Positions 1-15,200 of a stretch of 64,000 bases of DNA are shown piece after piece (within the stretch, counting starts at the first letter, position 1; each line of letters starts with the position of its first letter). The stretch spans positions 472,359 to 536,358 of the forward strand of contig CAWDSS010000010.1 in assembly GCA_963805065.1 (NCBI GenBank). Reading direction: 5' to 3'. The notes below the pieces were generated by a model. It ran no database searches, had not been told where the DNA came from, and saw only the letters and a program-made list of their open reading frames with translations. Position numbers and translations under genes: made by a program. Source of the stretch: Candidatus Omnitrophota bacterium. Its GTDB lineage: Bacteria > Omnitrophota > Gorgyraeia > Gygaellales > Profunditerraquicolaceae.

Positions 1-249
1 CATGATGTCACGTATTGCATCCTGCCGGGCGACAATCTCTTCAGGGTCAAGAAAAATACCAGTTAATTGTTCAGTCACCCAATGAGGACCTAAGTTGTTA
101 TCGCACCGGCCCGCTGTGCCGTGCATGTGTTCTAAGGCAGCAAAATCCAGATCTTTTCTTGTTTTCTCAGATAGAATAGTTCGCGGGATACCATCTTCTT
201 CTAATAAAACTCTTTCTAAATTGTGAACGGTTGTATTTTCCTCCTCCAC
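1..249 (-). other. Truncated module at the C-terminal edge of the window; possibly a MutS-like core segment
   Basis: Translation is ...LSEKTRKDLDFAALEHMHGTAGRCDNNLGPHWVTEQLTGIFLDPEEIVARQDAIRDIM. It resembles the MutS pattern LDxxTxxxLE...W...P..D...I..RQdaI. Only about 80 aa are visible. Confidence 0.3.
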
Positions 250-3200
250 CGGCGAACTGGATTCGGCTTCCTTGTTGTTAAGCACCGGCGAGGCGGCGGT
301 ATTTTTTCTACCGGGAAACTTAATTGCCACCAAAAGTTCATTTAATTCTCCTGGGTTAGTAAAAGCGCTAACACTATACTCTCTAATCTTAAGTCCACCG
401 CTTCTTTTAAAAAGGATGTTATACAGCGGCCCACAGGTAGCATGAATATGAAAACCTCGTGTTTTTAATACCCGCGTAAGTTCTTTTATAATTATAGATG
501 CATCATTTTCCGATAGGTGCAATCCTTCAAAAAAACGGCTGCTGATTACTGCATCAAAAACTTCATTAGCAAATTTTATATTTTTGGCATTTCCGCAATG
601 AACATCCAAATCCCACTGCTTAGCTGTTTCCACTGCAACATGGGAAATTTCATAGCCAGTGACCTGCGCCCCAAATTCATCTCGCAAATATCTCATTAAT
701 TCTCCGTAACCGCAACTTACTTCCAAGATTCTTTTATTTTCTAGATTAGTCAACTTTTCTGTCAAAGCATAAATAATAGGATAATAAAAATATTTGATCT
801 TTTCGGGTTCATAGTTAGGCTTTCCTCCCTCTTGTCCTAAACGTCCTTGCCAGTAGGCATCAAATTGATTATTTGGTTCGCCTTCCTTATTTAAGTCTCT
901 AAAATAATGAAGGGTTGTTACCTTATCGTTTTCTCTAGACATCGGCGAGGCGACGCGAGTTTTCTCACCCATCGGAGAACTGGGTGATGGTTGAATCAAT
1001 CTGCAATGAGGATATTTTAAATCCAACACCGGAAAGTCCGATGAAAAAACTTCTTCCAGCTTATCCTTTGTGTAGCCGCGCGATTCATCGTGGTTAATAA
1101 GACGTGCTACGGACACAACGCCTTCGGTCTTTGCGAATATTTCTGAGTGGGCACCACGAACCAAATGTCTCTTAAGTTCTCCGAGCGTTCGATAATTTAT
1201 ATTTTTTCTTTTCGCTCTCCAAATCAGTATGGGAAGATGCATTTCTGTTTTATAACCGCTAGCAACGTCTCTTGAAAAGCAAGCGAGGATATTTTCCTTC
1301 GGCACGCGGTAAACTGTGCCCGTTCCCCGTAGTGTAGAAAAATGTTTTTCGGTAATAAGTGCAAAAGACGCGAATGCCTTCCCCTCGAGATCCATGCATT
1401 TCACAAGTAAGGAGAAATTGAGAGGATCAAAGTTATTAATGTCGCTCAACTCTATCTCGCTTTCGGGACTTAAGGGCCCCAACTTTTCCATCTCAAACAG
1501 GCACACTGTTTTCTTCATAAAGATGGCGGTGATTTTCTTTCTGACATGAGGATCATAAAATGCCCAATCCGCCAATACTCTGCCGCAAATAATCTGCACT
1601 GCGGTATCATGCGGAATCCAAATGCTTTGTTCCCAATCAACGAATTTAAAGAGCCGGCTCGGCTCCGTTATCTTGAGTTGCTGCTGCCATTGACTGCATA
1701 TGTCTTTTAAGGCATTCGCTAATTCACCGTCTATTTTATTGCACCCGATACTAACGTCGCCCCCTGTCCATTCATCACTTAACGCACTGTAATCCTTGGG
1801 GTTATCAATCGTGCAATTAAATTGCCTTAGTGGGAATTTGTCCCTAAGAACCCTTAGAATAGAAATAGCCATCAATGAATGAAGCACCACATTGATATTC
1901 TCTCCCCAACGAGTTACTTTTATAGATCCCTTAGGGTACGCAGGGTACCCCCCATATGTTGGTAAGTTAGCCACCTGTTCTGCTAAATCAAGTTCAACTT
2001 TTAAATGCCTGGCTTTAATTTTCACCGGTGAGCTTCCGCGGTAGGCGGACCAGCCTGTGGCTGGAGAGGGATCAGGCGCCACCGGCGAGGCGGCGCCATT
2101 AGTTATTTTCCGCAAATCAGTCTCTTTGCGCGTAATATTTGTACATATAGCAATATTTCCTCTACACGCCATAAATAATAACTTGTTATACAGAGACATT
2201 AATCTCCAGCTGTCTCTTAGAGGTGAAGAGGCCTTATGTTCTGATTTTATTTTTACATTCAAATCTTTTAATCGGGATGGAAGATTTGCTATCAAATCAT
2301 CCGGGCCATTAGCAAGAATGGCCGGCATACCAATTTTACCCGCGGTATCTATATCAACCTTGGGACGGTCACCAATTGATACTGCCAGCTGGGGTTTACA
2401 GCCAAAATGTTCGCAAATAACTTTAAACATCTTAGATTTTCCTTCCGGCACATCTTCCTGAGTAACTACAAAATTAAACAGATCATATATATCAAGGGCC
2501 TCTAAAATACCTTTAGTCAACAGACGGCCATTATTGGTGGCAATGGCCAAGAAATATCCTTCATTTTTCAATTCGTTAAGTAACTTCCTAAGCCTCTGAT
2601 TTCTTTTAATCAGCTCAGGCGTTTTACGCAAATAACGCTTTGGAGCATCTTTCAACATTTCTCCCTGATAAGCAAAATACGTGACTAAATCAAGCCCGAA
2701 GAATCGTAGCATTGCACTCATGCTGTTTAATTCTTTCTTTTTGCTACGGAATGCTTCGGTACCTATACCGCCAAATTTCATCGAGGCGTATTCGCAGCAT
2801 GCATTCTCTTGCGCTAAAGAAAGTGCTCTGGAATCATGCAGCGTATTACCTACATCAAAAATAAGCACTTTTATGTGATTAACGAGAAGATCTTTAGTTT
2901 GCATGGGCGAGGCGGATGTAATTGTTTTCTCAAGAACTTCTTTAATATTTTTTGCTACTTCTTCAAAATCTTGCAACCTACGGCCTTGCAATGAGCGTAC
3001 ATCTAGAACCATAGCTTGAACATTGGCTTGAGAAAAATCGATATTATGGGCTTCACGCCAAGATGTAATAATGTTTGTTCCTGAACCAAACGCATCAAAG
3101 AAAATAATATAATTGATTTCTACTGATCCTTCTTCGGGCATAATATTTGTTTCTCCTATGAAACGGGAAACTAAATACTTGTGGTTAATATCTGTTGAGC

Positions 3201-6200
3201 CGATAAGCCTAAGAGAACCTTCGCTTTTTATAACATTAACAATTGAGCTGTCGATTGACAAAATCTTCCAATCCGTCTTTGAGGCATCTTTATCCTTATA
3301 TTCACTCTCTTTTGCACCGATAAGCATAGCTGCAATTGCGCTTTTGCCTACATTTATACGGCCGAGAAAAATTATTCCTTTGCCCTTAAATGAAAGAAGC
3401 TCTCCGACCCCTATCCAGCTTTCTCCTTTATAGCGAGGCTGAGTTAAGAGCAAATCTCTCATCGGAGAAGATGATTGAGAAGGCTCATTGGAATCCTTGC
3501 CAGAAACATCAAAATGTATTCGTGGGCCGACTCTCACCAGCTCCTCAAGGCGAAGCAACGCCAACATCTCGCTATTATAAAATAAACCGATTTTTTCATA
3601 AAAGAACGGTATGAAGCCTTTTAAGTAATTTGACATTTCCACGTATCTAGAGGTATCCATAACAATACGGCGTGTCCTTAAATCACTCCGGCAAAGTTGA
3701 ATAATATCTTCCTTAATCATCGGCCGTTTCTGTTTGATGATTTCACATTGCGCTTTAACGCCCTTAACAAGATAACCCAGCAAATCAAAAATCTCTGTTT
3801 TGTTTGCTTCGACAGGAAAGATAAAATACCCGCACGTACTAAAAATTTGTTTCAAGGACTTACGAAACATACCGAGGTACAGGAGAGAAAAAGCACATTC
3901 CATATCAATCGGCACAAGGCGACCTCCTTCAACAAACAAGATGTTCTCAGGGCTAATATCTGTATGCCCTATTAGATAATAAATAGCCAAGATGCGGCCT
4001 AATTGTTCTGCCTGATAGGGGTCAGATATCAGAGGACCCTGGGCTTTAATTCCGCTATGCTCAATATACTCCGACCACCCAAACGTACCAACCACATCAT
4101 GCTCCAAATGGAATTTTAAAGGCAGGGGATATTCGAGCCTTTCGAATAGATTTAATAAAGCCTCCTCCAACGCCACCGTGGGTGATGGTTTATATACGAT
4201 ACGACCCTCCTTACCTGCGCTATCTACAAATCCTAAAAGCTTTGTTCCGTCCGGCATATATTGCCTTTTTTTAAGACTACCACTTTGCAGCATATCGCAC
4301 CCTGCAGTATTAATAGCCATTTCTAAATTTATTTCTTTACAAAAACCATATTCCGCCGCTAAATTAGGAATTTGTCTCTGCCATAAATAGGCTTCAGGGC
4401 CCCTTGTTTTAGAATTAATAAATGTCTTCAAACCTACGGTTGTAGTCTCCTGTCTTGCGTTTGCGCTTAAAAGATCCGGAGAAAGATTTGTGAGTTCAAA
4501 ATACACATGCCTGTCCCCTATGCCTTCAATACTGTGCAAAGTCACATTTTTGTTAAACCACGGCAGGCTGCCATTCTCTAAAGTTCTTTGGAGGCGTCTG
4601 TAGAAAATTGAGCCTTTGCTCACTTTATTCTTTAGATCATTATTATTGGTAATCCTAAAAGAAGAACCCTCGGTGTCCACCGGCGAGCCGGAAACACCAA
4701 AGAGTTGTTTTTTTAGTAAGAGGGCTTGGGCTTTCTGTATTTCTTTTTCAAACACATCCGGAGCTCTTTGAGGCATGATACCTATCTTCCTACCCATTTC
4801 TCTCCAATACAGATATTTCTCATAAATCAGTTCACCTTGAAGAATTTTTCTCTCAAAATCCGTAAAAGAACTGTTTCTCTCAATAAAAAGCCGCGGTTCA
4901 GTGGAAAGCTGATCATTATCAAGAATACAAAATCTTCCATTCTTGGTTAAGCCATAATTCCAATACCATCTTTTGGCATCTATATCGTGAATACCGCGCA
5001 TCCACATCCGATGGGTGTAATCTAGAAACATTCTGGAATACGATCCGTAAATTCGATCATAAATATACTTCACTTCTTCTTTCCCTAATGCGCGCTCTCC
5101 AATTTTTCGTCTTAAATCTTCAATAACCCTATCATTAACAATCTTTCCCGCCTCCTGAAGAATAATATGACGATTAAAATGCCACGGTCTTTTTTCTATT
5201 AAAATGGCGGAACCTTCTAAAATAGACAATGCCAGATATCCCCCAAGACATTCTTTAGCCAAAATATAACCGCGCAAGACATTGTCTTCATCCCTGGACT
5301 GCGGAACCTTAACAAACACTCCCCCTGTTTCATCAGAATAATACAAATCCACCGCGGGTGCGATATCCCCTGAAGGAACAAAATTAAAATTAGCCTTTTC
5401 TATTACTCCACGGATAACTCTGTCACCCTCTTCCTTCAGGGTATGTTGTAGTTCTTCTATATCAATGCTCCATCGGGCCAATTTTTCCTTGCATCTAAGT
5501 AGGGCACCGGTCCTATACCAAAAAAGAATCTGAGAAATTCTAGATTCCATTTCTTTGGCACTCAAACCTGAAGATATTCCTTTTTCTATCACCGGTGAGC
5601 TAGTGAACTTTGTTCTAAACTGTATTCTAAAAAGAGTACCGTTAACTATATTCAAACGCTTGCTATACCTTAAAAGCCTTAAAAGACGTCCGGAATTGTC
5701 ATCTGGCCAACTATGTCTCAACCACCTTTCATAACATTCCCAGGCTTGGGAATCCTTATCTTGGTAGAAATAAATATCCCCTTTGATCTTCCATGCTTCA
5801 GGGGATAATGGATTATACTTAATGGCTTTGTCAACCGCTTCCAAAGCCCTATAAAACTGATTCAAGACTACATGGACTATGGCTTTCTCGCAATACAACC
5901 TACATAAGTCATTTTTCCTATCAGGCTTCGTTCGCATAATTGCCTCTTCAAGGCAATCTAGGGCTCTATTATTGCCACCGTGTTTACGATAAATTTTTGC
6001 AAGGCAAGATATTGGCTCTGGATTGCCCGGATCTTCTTCTTTATATTCATTGGCAATTTTCTCTGCAACATTGAGAAGTCCGGCGTTAAAGGCAGCCCAC
6101 ATGTCATCTTTTCTATATATCACGAGGTCTTGGATTTTTGTTATCGGCAAGGTGAGATAAGGAGCAGCCTGAGCACAAAAAGCGTTTCCTAAACTGATTA

Positions 6201-9200
6201 ATATCGTTTGCGCCAATTGATCAAAGGCCCGCTCTTTTTCTTTGAAGCCAGATGTGTTTTCCCTGATATGATCCAATATGCCCAAGACAGGCTGTTTCTT
6301 ATCAACATCATTACAGGCTTCGTTAATAAGAAATTTAAGGAAGTCAAAACAGCCATTATAAACGTAGTACGCCTCTATGCTGGCTATGCCGCGAGTTTCT
6401 TTTGCTTTCTTGTTCGCCAGCCATAAACCAACCAAACCCTGCACGAGCCATTCAACGACGTGAGTAAAAGGACTCACATAATGGCCGAAAAGAATTGTCT
6501 TAATCTGCTCTATGGTTAAAGATCTGGCCCAAGAAGCAATTATTTCAGAAGCCCAAGCCCTATCAGCCTCTACTATTACAGGTGATCCGGAATACGCATT
6601 GCCGTCAGAATCATCGCCCTCTTTTATCTTACGCCTAACTTGGTCATAGACCTCTGTTGGCACTGAAATCATGAGCCGGTAGTCAATAGTTACAGCTTTT
6701 ACAAATTCCTCGATGGCTGAGTCAGTCTCTTGGATATCTAAATAAGTCAACCCAAAGTCACGGTGAACCAAAGCAAAATCATCCGGTATAGAAAAATGGC
6801 CACTAGCACAAGCTTGTTTATAATGGCTGATTGCCTTCTGATAAAAACCCTTGTCAGAATATACATTTCCAAGATTCGCGTGCGCATCAGCACAATAATA
6901 ATTCAGACTGACAGATTTTTCTAATTCTCGAATAGCCGCCTCAAGATCAGCAAAAATAATTCCGCAAAATGTCCCCAATTGTAAATGATTGTCATAATCA
7001 AAAGGGTTTATTTCGCAGGCTTCCATGTAATGTTTCAATGCCTGCTCGCTGTAATACTTTTTCTCATCTTTGTCGGATATCTCATCCAAAAGCTGATAAT
7101 ACAAGTTACCAAATTGCTTATGGATAAAGGCCCTCATGCCGGAAGGAGACACTATCTGCATGGTAAAATAGATCAAGTCGAAAATTGGTATTCCTCCTTC
7201 TTTATCCGGCAATAACGAATCCTTATCTAATTCATAACTAGCCCTCTGCTTCATAAGATTTAATAATTTGTCCTGGGGAAGCCAATATTTTTGATTTAAC
7301 ACATGAGGCTCAAGAGGCAACCCCGTAATATCTCTAATTACTCCGCGCTGTTCCTCCAGACGGAGCCCTACACGCAGGTCTTTAAACCCTATTTTCCCAT
7401 TCATTCCGTTAGATGAGGTCGTTGGGTAAAAATCTGATAAATTTATTAGAAATATTTGTGCTATGCTTAAATCCACAAATAACACCAGATCTTTTGTTAT
7501 AGGAACAACTGTCCAGGCATGATTCTGCGAAATAGCAAATCTGATATCAACATCTAACAATTGTAAAAGAATATACGTAAACATGGGGATGGCTAAGGAA
7601 TCCAAGATTCCTCTTTTATATCCTTCTTTAATTTTTTTATCGCCCTTTAACTTATCCACGAGATCAAAAATATCATCTTCGGCAAATACATTAATTAGCT
7701 GCCGGGCAAGCGAATCTCCGGAAACCATACTATTTTCGTACTGGGACCTTATAATCGGATCCAAACCCAAAATAATCTTCATTAATTTTGTAATATCTTT
7801 GGATTTTATCAGGGGCGCCAATCTTTCCTGCATGGTTAAGAGTTTCATTTTTTCATGACTCTCTAATAATATTTCGTCAAGCATAGGAATTATCCTAAAC
7901 AAAACAGGCTGAGGGAAACCGATGGGCTTCAAAATCGAAAACAATTTTCTCATGCGTAATTCTTTATTCAGCAATCCAGTGCCCCCTACAGGCGAACCGA
8001 CAGATTGCCGTAGGAGAGGAATTTCTATTTCTACTACGAGACCAATTTGCTTCATCTTTGCCCTAACGACCATAGTATTCCAGCCCTCCGGGTGTTTCTC
8101 GTCAGCTAACAATATCCGCCTGTATTCACCGGAATGATAAACAATAAGCCCTTGACGCTTAAGAACTATCTCCTGACAAGCTAACCAGGCATTATAAGAG
8201 ACAGAGGCATCAACATCTTTTTCTTGTTCTATCAGAGGCCATCGCGGCATCAGTTCACGCACATCAATACCAACACCACGGTCTTGAATAATAATACGGA
8301 CCTTATCTTCTTCAAACAAAGTAAATTTAGCAACAACAACCCTTTTCTTTCCCTGCTCTAAGCCGTTTTTCGTCAATTGAGCCAAACATTCTATGAATCC
8401 TTCATCGCCACCAATATCCTCCCATCCTATTGATGAGATATCTTCTTTAATTGTGTTCAGATCTTTTTTTCCTTCAAATCTGACAGCCCTTACTCCAAAT
8501 AACTCGTTTAATTTTTCTATTGTATGCGAATTATCCAACAATACCTCACCCATAAACACTTCTCTTCTCGCTTGGTCATTCAAATAATTCTTGTCGGATA
8601 AAATAGCAATAAAATCGTCTACGATTTCCGGATCAAGTTGAGTCCCTTTAACCTTAAAGAGTATCTGTATCGCCTTCTCAATGGGCATTCCTTGGCGATA
8701 AGGCCTGTCAGAGGTCATCGCATCAAAAGTATCTGCGACAGCGGTTATCCTGGCGAGTAGAGGAATTTCTTCGCCTTTCAATCCATCCGGATACCCCTTG
8801 CCATCGTAACGTTCATGATGATAGCGTATGATTGACCTGATAATATCATTTGATTGTTCTCTCCATGGGTTCTCAGAAAGAATTTGATCGCCTTTAACAG
8901 AATGCTCTTTGATTTTCTCAAACTCATCATCTGTCAAGCGATCAGGTTTATTCAAAACTTGCTCAGGCACGCCAATCTTGCCTATATCATGTAAATCAGC
9001 CCCTTTCTCAAGAGCGTCTATCTCATCCATGTTCAATCCATACCTGAGAGCAAGCCAAAACACATACATCCTCACGCGATCCGTATGACCGCGCGTATAG
9101 GGATCTTTAGCTTCAATGGCATTGGCAAGCGTCGATATCAAACCAAAATCGGTCCGGAAATATTTCTGTTGCTCAATAGCCGCCATTCCTAACTGCACAA

Positions 9201-12200
9201 TTGGACCAAGGGCTTTAATATCTTCTTCTGTAAACCTTCCTTCTTTTTTATTAACTAGCTCTAACACGCCCATTACTAAACCTCTAGTTTTAAGTTTAAT
9301 AGGCATATACAATAAAGAATGCGGTCTTGGGCCTATAAAACTACTCAGCTCTTTGTCAAACGATGGGCCTGTTCCGATATTGTTAATGAAAAACCCTTTC
9401 TCTCTTTGTTCTTGGAGTGCTAAAGCGATATAGCCTTCTTCATGCTCCAGTAAGATCTTTTTCAAAAATTCTCTATGCGGGCTGGTCGAAGCTGCGCAGT
9501 AAAGATATTTAGCATTATCTTCTAAGAACAAAAACATGGAACCATACTCAGCACCTGTTGCCTCAAGAACAGCTTCAAGAATTTCTTTCACAAGATATTG
9601 ATTGCCCGAAGAGAGAAACCACTGGGCTATCTTTGTCAGATCAAAAGAAGAATTGTTGTAATTATTGGTGGGGGAACTGGCCAAGCGACTTTCTTGGTTA
9701 AATTTCGTGGGGATATTAAAATCCAAATTTTTAACTCTGTCTAATCTTCCTTCTTTCTCGCCAAATTTAACAAGTGCGATGCCATGTTTAGAAATCAGGA
9801 AATTCCAAAAAGGAAAATATTCTAAGTCCAAAGATGACTCGTCGTTACCATAAGTAATAATATTTCTTTGCGGAATGACAAACTGAGGCCTTAGACACCC
9901 TATCTCTTCTATCTCTTTTTTAACAATGGTTTCAATTCCGGCAGAGCAAATTACAACGCCTTCTAGGGAGAGATATAAAGAACTTAAATAATGAAGGAAA
10001 TAATTCTTTAAATTTGCTTCGCCACAATGCATGATTGCCAATAACCCTTTATTATTGGCCTTAAGTATCAGCATAGTGCAACCGTGGAACATAATGGAAG
10101 AATCTATAAGGTAATCGTGTTTGAATAAATACAACGGTTCTATCTCAAACAAATGAATATTCACGCGATATATCTTCTGCCTTCTTGCTCCTTTCAAGAA
10201 TTGGCACAAAACAGCACCATTGGTTCGCGCATATCCTCTATTCCCTATTTGAGACAGGTGAAAATGTGCATCTGTTAAAGCCAATCTATTCTGAGTATCA
10301 ATGACCGCCTCGGCATATTGTGCGACGATTATTTCCAGAACAACCCTATCGCCCCCCACAGCATCGCTGTTGGCGACACCTTCCGCCAATTGATGCATTT
10401 TGTCATTTTCTGACATTTGAATTCCTATCGGCGAACTTGTACTGAGTGTAGTCGAATTGCCGTAACGCTTGAACCACCTTGCCTGCTGAGATTCTCTTAA
10501 CGCTTGAACCGAATCATTGATGGCCTTTTCTTCGTCATCCAAGCTCTTCTCTAAATCTTTCCACAATTGAATTCCAAGAGCCGTCGGATTTTTCACAAAA
10601 TAGGACAGCACCTGATCAACCGCCTGCTTTCTGAAAAATAAAGTGATGATATACTCTGTATTACCCTTATCTAAACCTTCCAAGTGTACACCGCGTTCTT
10701 TAGCAAAATCGGAAATCTCTTGGGGAAGTTTATCAAAAGAAGAAAATTCAATATATCCCAGAGGAATCATGAAAGTGCTTGAAACTTGCAATATAGCGCT
10801 AATCATAAAATAATCGAGGTCCATCCCCTCTATATTGACTTCCAGATCATTCAAGCCAGGCCGATCCGCTATCATGAAATAGCCAAACCAAAACTGCGGG
10901 AACAAGGCGACGCCGATAACAATCTTCCACCACGCCAACAAAGGCAATAAAGATGCTTCATAAAAAACGACAAGCAACAAACCAACCCCTAAGGAAATAT
11001 TCATCAACGAAAACTTTTGCTGAGCGGATTGAATATCGAAGTCTTCTGGATGGCTTGGTGATAAAATTTCGTCATACTCTTCTGAGTCATTTTTGTAATC
11101 TAAGTATCGGTCAAACAGTTTTTCTAGATACTTTATGGATAAAATAATACCTGCGCCTAAAGAAACCTGAAGGCTGACTAAAATGAAGTTATGGGGTAGG
11201 AATAAAGCAAATATAGCGCCGCCGATTGTTACAAAAAACAGGCTCGATAACATGCTTACGGCAAAATACCGGATAACAAAGCTGGCCCTTGTAAAATCAT
11301 AAAACGAGTTCTGTCGCCTTTGCATTCTTTTTGCCTGAGCCAAGACAAACGTACTGACAACACCAAGCAGCGGCACAACAAAAGTGCTTGCATGAAATGC
11401 GATCGGAGAACTGCCTTTTTCTTGCTCTGTCTTGCCGTTTTTCTTCTGAACGTTCTTTGTTGCACTATTACTATTCTGAATAACAATTCGGCCTAGGGCT
11501 GCCCTTTCTCTCCCTGTTAAGCTCAGCGAGATTTCTTTTTCAATAATTTCAAAAAATGCCTTCGCATTTCTTTTAAGCTTAATTGCAAAATCACTTGCTG
11601 AAGGTATGTCAAAATGCGTTTTATTAACCAACATATATTGTTTTAATAAACTCACTGTTTCCTGACGATTAACTTTTAAGCCAATCAAAATAACCCTAAG
11701 GGACATCTGATCAATTATGCTGTCTTTATTAACGAATAGAAGGCCTTGTTTGATTATTTTTGGTATAAGAGAGGATAAAACGGTCTTATTTGTTGAAATA
11801 GCTGTATTGAGAATTTTGGGCTCCGTGGAATTTACCACCGCCAAAATTTCAGATAAACACTGCCTTAATTCTTCTTTTTCAGAAGCCACGGTAAATAAAA
11901 GAACATTACGGTATAACTTGTTAACTTTTTGCCTCATAGTAAAATCCACAAAAGCAGATGCTTCAAGGTGGGAAAATTTCTCGAATCTCTCTTGAGCTAA
12001 AAGCCTAAACAAAGTTTCTATGTGATCTGAGGATTGATAGGCATCCAAATGCTGAATCAGCGCTCTATCCCCAATCTCTTTGGCCACAAGACGCGCGGCA
12101 TTCAAAAATGGCACCTTTGCATAATGCGGATAAATATCTTTTACATTCCAGCCTATTCTTTTTAATAAAATCAAGGTGCGTTTAGCATCTTCCATTCTTA

Positions 12201-15200
12201 TTGCCTTGAGCACTTTTTTGATGGCACAACGTAATTGTTCTTCATTCTTATATGTTTTATAATAAAGAACCTTCCAAACAGCTTCTTCCATCTGCGCAAA
12301 GTTTTCCTGAGCCCTAGGAAACTTCAGGCCTAGGCGTGAATAAGTAAGCGCAAGAGCTGCGCGTATCTCCTTTATCGAGCAAGGTCTAGACAAAAGCCAC
12401 TCAGTCAATATCTTCTCTTCTGTCCTCCTGGCAATATACAATGCAGTGGCCTGCACATCACCTTTAAGTTCCGGATAGAGCTGCCATATAAAATTCGATA
12501 TGACGACAAAAGACTGGTAATAAAACTTATGCACACTCCTAAATTTATATTCTTTTAATTTAGCCAAATAATAATCAAGCCTGCCGGATAATTTTGTATA
12601 AATAAAATAGTAAGCCACGAAATCACCAACAGTATTCTCGTTCTGCAAAAATTTAGAGAATTTCATCCGATATTCAGTATAGAATAATACAAATGCGGCG
12701 AGAATATTGTCGTTTGAAAGATTTCGGCTTTTTCTTAAGAATCCTGCCAAAACAGACTCTTGGGTTTGCTCGGCAATAAAAAGCGCCGCAGCCTGCATAT
12801 CATTTTGCATCTGCGGATAAATCAAAAAAATCCTTTCCAAAATTCCAGGCAACACACCATATAGCAGAACATGCTTAGTCCTCTTGGATGATTTATTTTT
12901 TAGATTTCTTAAAGAGAAAATAAGGGATTTATTAATTTTCACAAAGCCTCTCAACGCAGTGGCATCTTTTAAGGCCTCTGCGCACTGTTTACGAAGAACA
13001 CTAAAGAACACCGCAAAGGCTATACGGATCTCTTGTTTTGCATACTTCTCATCCGAGCTAAAGAATTGTATCAGAACCGGCTCCTGTAATTTTTCTGCGA
13101 CCAAAAGTGCCAAAGCCTGAGAATCTCCTTTCTTCTCCGGGTGAAGTAAAGAAATCTTCCTAAAGATCTGAGGCAATATGCCATTAAAAAGCGTCTTTTT
13201 TGTTCTACCTGCTGGATTGTTTTTAAGATTCTCCAGTGAAGTTAAAAGTGAGTAATAATCATTAAAATTCTCCACTATCCGGCCGATATACTTATTCGTA
13301 TCGCAGGTCTTGTCCTTTAATTCCGGATAGGCCTCCCAAATCCTGGAATAAATTATATCTCTTAAAAGAGGCTTAAAAATTTTCACATTCATTTTTCCAA
13401 GATCATGGCTCACAAACTTAAGGCTTTTCCCAAGTGCCCTATACCTTTTGTAATCCTTAATAGTTCGCTCGATAAAATTAATATTTTTAAAAATATATTC
13501 GGGGAAAAGGCGCCTCTCACGAGAGAAAAACATTCTAAATAAATCCATAACCTTTTCCTCCTTCATTTCAGATTGTAAGTATTTCTTAAGCATTCTATTC
13601 TTTAATTCTTTAGCTAAGAAACGCGCCAAAGCCAATCGGCTATCTCCGATTTTCGCGGCTAAAAGCTCCTGCGCGCGGTACAGCGTCTTAAAGAGTACAT
13701 TAGGATGCCGTTCAGCAGGACGCGATTTAAAGTTATTAATGATCTTATCGATACGGGCCTTTTTCTGAGCTGCTTCATCGCTCCACCCCGGGATATAATC
13801 AGTAATAAGAATATCCTGTTTTTCTTTTTTATCTGTTGAGATGCTAGCGTTAGAAACACGCTGTTTATCATTAAGGTCGCGCAGATACCCTTCCTTATCT
13901 ATCAAGAATACCCAAGATTCATCGGTCCGCGTATTAACAAAAGCAAATCCTTTTGCAAAACCGTAAAATTTGATATAGCCATCAACAACCAAATCTTGAT
14001 AGTACTTATAGGCTTTATTTACGGATAGCTCCATCCTAATCTGGTTCCACGTCACATAAGCTCTGCCATCTTTTGAAAGTCGAACAATCTTACCTTGCCG
14101 CGCCTTATATGCCCGTTCTAAAAGATTTTCCAATTCCAGCATAAAACGGCTTCTGTTATACATTTCTCTCAACAATTCAGCTATCTCCTGAGGTGTTTTT
14201 ACAGGCTCATAGTTATATCCGAGCATACCTAAAGAACCATAGGTATAACCATAAGAAAGAACATTGGCGATATCTTCATCGAGTATGCCATGCTGTTGCA
14301 TGATTATAATTTCAGAAAGGATGTTTTTATAAAAATCTGCGATCGCAAATTCTGAATCTTTTTGATATTCAAGGCCGATCCCTAAAAGTTTATCGGCATC
14401 TGCTTTACGCCACAATTTATTTTCTTGATGGGCAAACCAGAAAAATTTGCTCTCCGCTGATTTCTTACCATTGGGGAATCTGAAAGCGTTTTTAATAATC
14501 TCTAGAGCAAAAGGATTAATTTCCCCTACTTCTTGCTTCAGCCTATTTAACGTATCCCTGACAAATTTCCGCCTGTTCTTTCGGACCTTTCTCTGTTCCA
14601 ATTCTTCTGCCCAATCCTTCACAGGACTACTCGTCTTGCGATCAAAGAGGGTCCCCAGTGGAACCGAACTGGGAGTTTCTGCATCAAGCGCCTGCCTGAT
14701 AAGCTCTTTATCGATAGGGCTGCCGGCGTCTTGCGGTCGCGCACTCTCAGTCGTATCTAACGGTAATGCATTGCAGTAATCCATCATCGCTCTCCGGATA
14801 ATTTCCTGAGTGATGGATGAACTGGCGCCGGCAAGCATGATCGATCTACTGGAAGACGCTATTTGGATGCTGGAAGGATTCCTGGATTCCGATATAACCT
14901 CTCCCACCATAAACCATGCATAGAGGTAAAGTGCCTTGATTTCTTCTAAGATCGGATAAGGTGGCCCCAAAGTTCTTTTTTTACCAAGCCTTTCTTTCTG
15001 AACCCATCCAGTTTCGTTATCCCAGAAACAATCCAAATAATAATCAGAAAATTTAATTTCAACCAACTTCGGATAAATAGAAGCAGGAAACTGTTCCTTG
15101 CGCTCTTTTGATATTTTTTCAAGACTAAAATAAGGAATGTAAGCCGTTGATGAGAAAAACTCAAGCTGGCGGGCAAATCGTTCCCAATCAACAGCTCTGG

